A DNA stretch of 64,000 nt from Hydrolagus colliei (taxonomy: Eukaryota): contig CM068775.1 of NCBI GenBank assembly GCA_035084275.1, forward strand, positions 744,001 through 808,000. The letters run 5' to 3'. The notes below the pieces were generated by a model, which saw only the letters and a program-made list of their open reading frames with translations, did not search any database and was not told the origin of the DNA. Position 1 is the stretch's first letter; each line of letters opens with the position of its first letter. This document shows positions 62,501 to 64,000 of this stretch, in pieces. Both the position numbers and the translations under genes were made by a program.

Positions 62501-64000
62501 TCTCACCTAACTCTAATTACCTGCCCTATCCCCATATCCCCTAATCCCTCTATTTTTCAAAAATCTATCAGTCTCAGCCTTGAAAATGTTCAAGGACTGA
62601 GCATCTACAGCCTTCTGGGGTAGTGAATTCCATAAATTCACTACCCTCTGAGTGAAGAAATATTTCCTCAACTCTGTTCTAAAAAGCTGACCCTTGATTT
62701 TACGACTGTGACCCCTGGTTATAGATTCTCCTACCAGGGGAAACAGTCCCTCAGTGTCTACTTTATCCAGCCCTTTAAGAATGTTATATGTTTCAATAAG
62801 AACCCCCTAATTCTTCTGTACTCTAGAGAATACAGCCCTAAAATATTCAACCTATCCTCATAGGTCAGTCCCCTCATCCCAGGAATTAACCAAGTGAATC
62901 TACGCTGCACCCTCTCTCAGGTAAGTATGTCCTTTTTTAAATGAGGAGACCAAAACTGCCCACAATACTCTAGGTGCGGTCTCACCAAAGTCCTATACAG
63001 TTGCAGCAAGACTTCCCTACTCTTGTACTCGAAACCTTTTGAAATGTACGCTAGCATGCCGAGACATGAAACCAAGGCCCAATCTAAATTCAGTTAGATG
63101 TTAAAGATCCCACCGCACTTTCAAAAACAGAAGCTACTTTTTCTCTCTCTCTCCTGTTGTTCCGGTCAACAATCCTCTAAATAAATTTCCCAATCACTCT
63201 CGGCCTGTTTTGTGGGACATTGTTGTGCTCAACTTGCTTCTGTGGTTAGTCCACAAAATACCATCACTCCACTTTATATTATTTCCTGTGAAGCGCTTTG
63301 TGACGTCTCACCAAAGTGATAGGCACTGAACAACAACAAAGTTGTCCTTATATAGTGCCTTTAACCTGGGGAGGACATCCCACAGTGTCTGGTTGGGACC
63401 CGAGCGCGGGCGGAGGGTCGGGGGAAGGGGAAGGAGAGTTAGTGGGGCAGCCGAAGAGGAAGGTCTTGAGACCAGCCTTGATGCAGGAAATGGAGGAAGC
63501 AAGGTGGGAGAAGCAAGGCGAAGGGGCGGAGGGATGGAGTTCCACAGTGAGGGAGCAGAGCGGCTGAAAGCCCGGCCACCGATGGTTGGGCGGTTAGGGC
63601 AGTGGATGCAGAGCAGGCCTGATTTTGCTGAAAGGAGGGTGTGGGCAAGCTGATAGGGAGATAGTAGGTTAGAGAAATAGGCGGGGGCAAGGCCTTGAAA
63701 GTGAGGACGAGGATCTTGAATTCGATGTTAATGTAATCCTGCAATGTAATGGAATCCTGAAGCTAATATAATGATTATTATTGTATTTCTGTGTGATTGA
63801 CTGTCTGCATACCTGCTAATGTAGGCTAGTTGGAGTTGTGTGTTGAGATATTTAAAATTTCTCCCAATGTTTACTGAAATTTTGATAACAATATTAGTAT
63901 GAATTTGTATTTCCAGAAACAAACAGAGGGGTGGGGTGGGGGGAGCAGCAGCTGAATTGGCCCCAAGGTGACACAATTGTCTGTTTAAATGTAAATACAG

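Larger units (their letters stand above)
49468..64000 (+). repeat. Copy 2 of large near-identical tandem/segmental duplication
   Basis: Colinear with 1-14518; about 18 substitutions or small indels spotted by eye. Confidence 0.98.

Noticed and set aside
1-64000. CRISPR array, rRNA or other prokaryotic systems
   Set aside because: Sequence is spliced vertebrate DNA; no regularly spaced repeat-spacer array or rRNA-like sequence seen.

Overview
Vertebrate genomic DNA from a cartilaginous fish; the IgM tail and the repeat families suggest a chimaera/holocephalan, which is my inference. (1) A complete, apparently intact IgM heavy-chain gene lies on the minus strand: leader, a V(D)J exon already joined in frame with no RSS left, Cmu1-Cmu4 plus secretory tail, TM1 and TM2 (1404-18662). 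(2) A two-exon orphan class A GPCR (23372-26220, minus) lies about 5 kb upstream of it. (3) A tRNA cluster spans about 28.4-39.7 kb, with one perfect tRNA-Glu(TTC) and seven decayed copies (Asn, Ser, Ile, Pro, Val x2, Leu). (4) Bases 1-14518 recur near-identically at 49468-64000, including a second Cmu1-TM2 set. This implies a tandem unit of about 49.5 kb (IgM + GPCR + tRNA cluster), or an uncollapsed allelic duplication. The rest is dense in L2 and CR1 LINE fragments, Deu-domain tRNA-SINEs, two MITE-like DNA elements and local duplications. Most short ORFs in the track are repeat-derived. Repeat boundaries are approximate; exon boundaries were read from splice sites.
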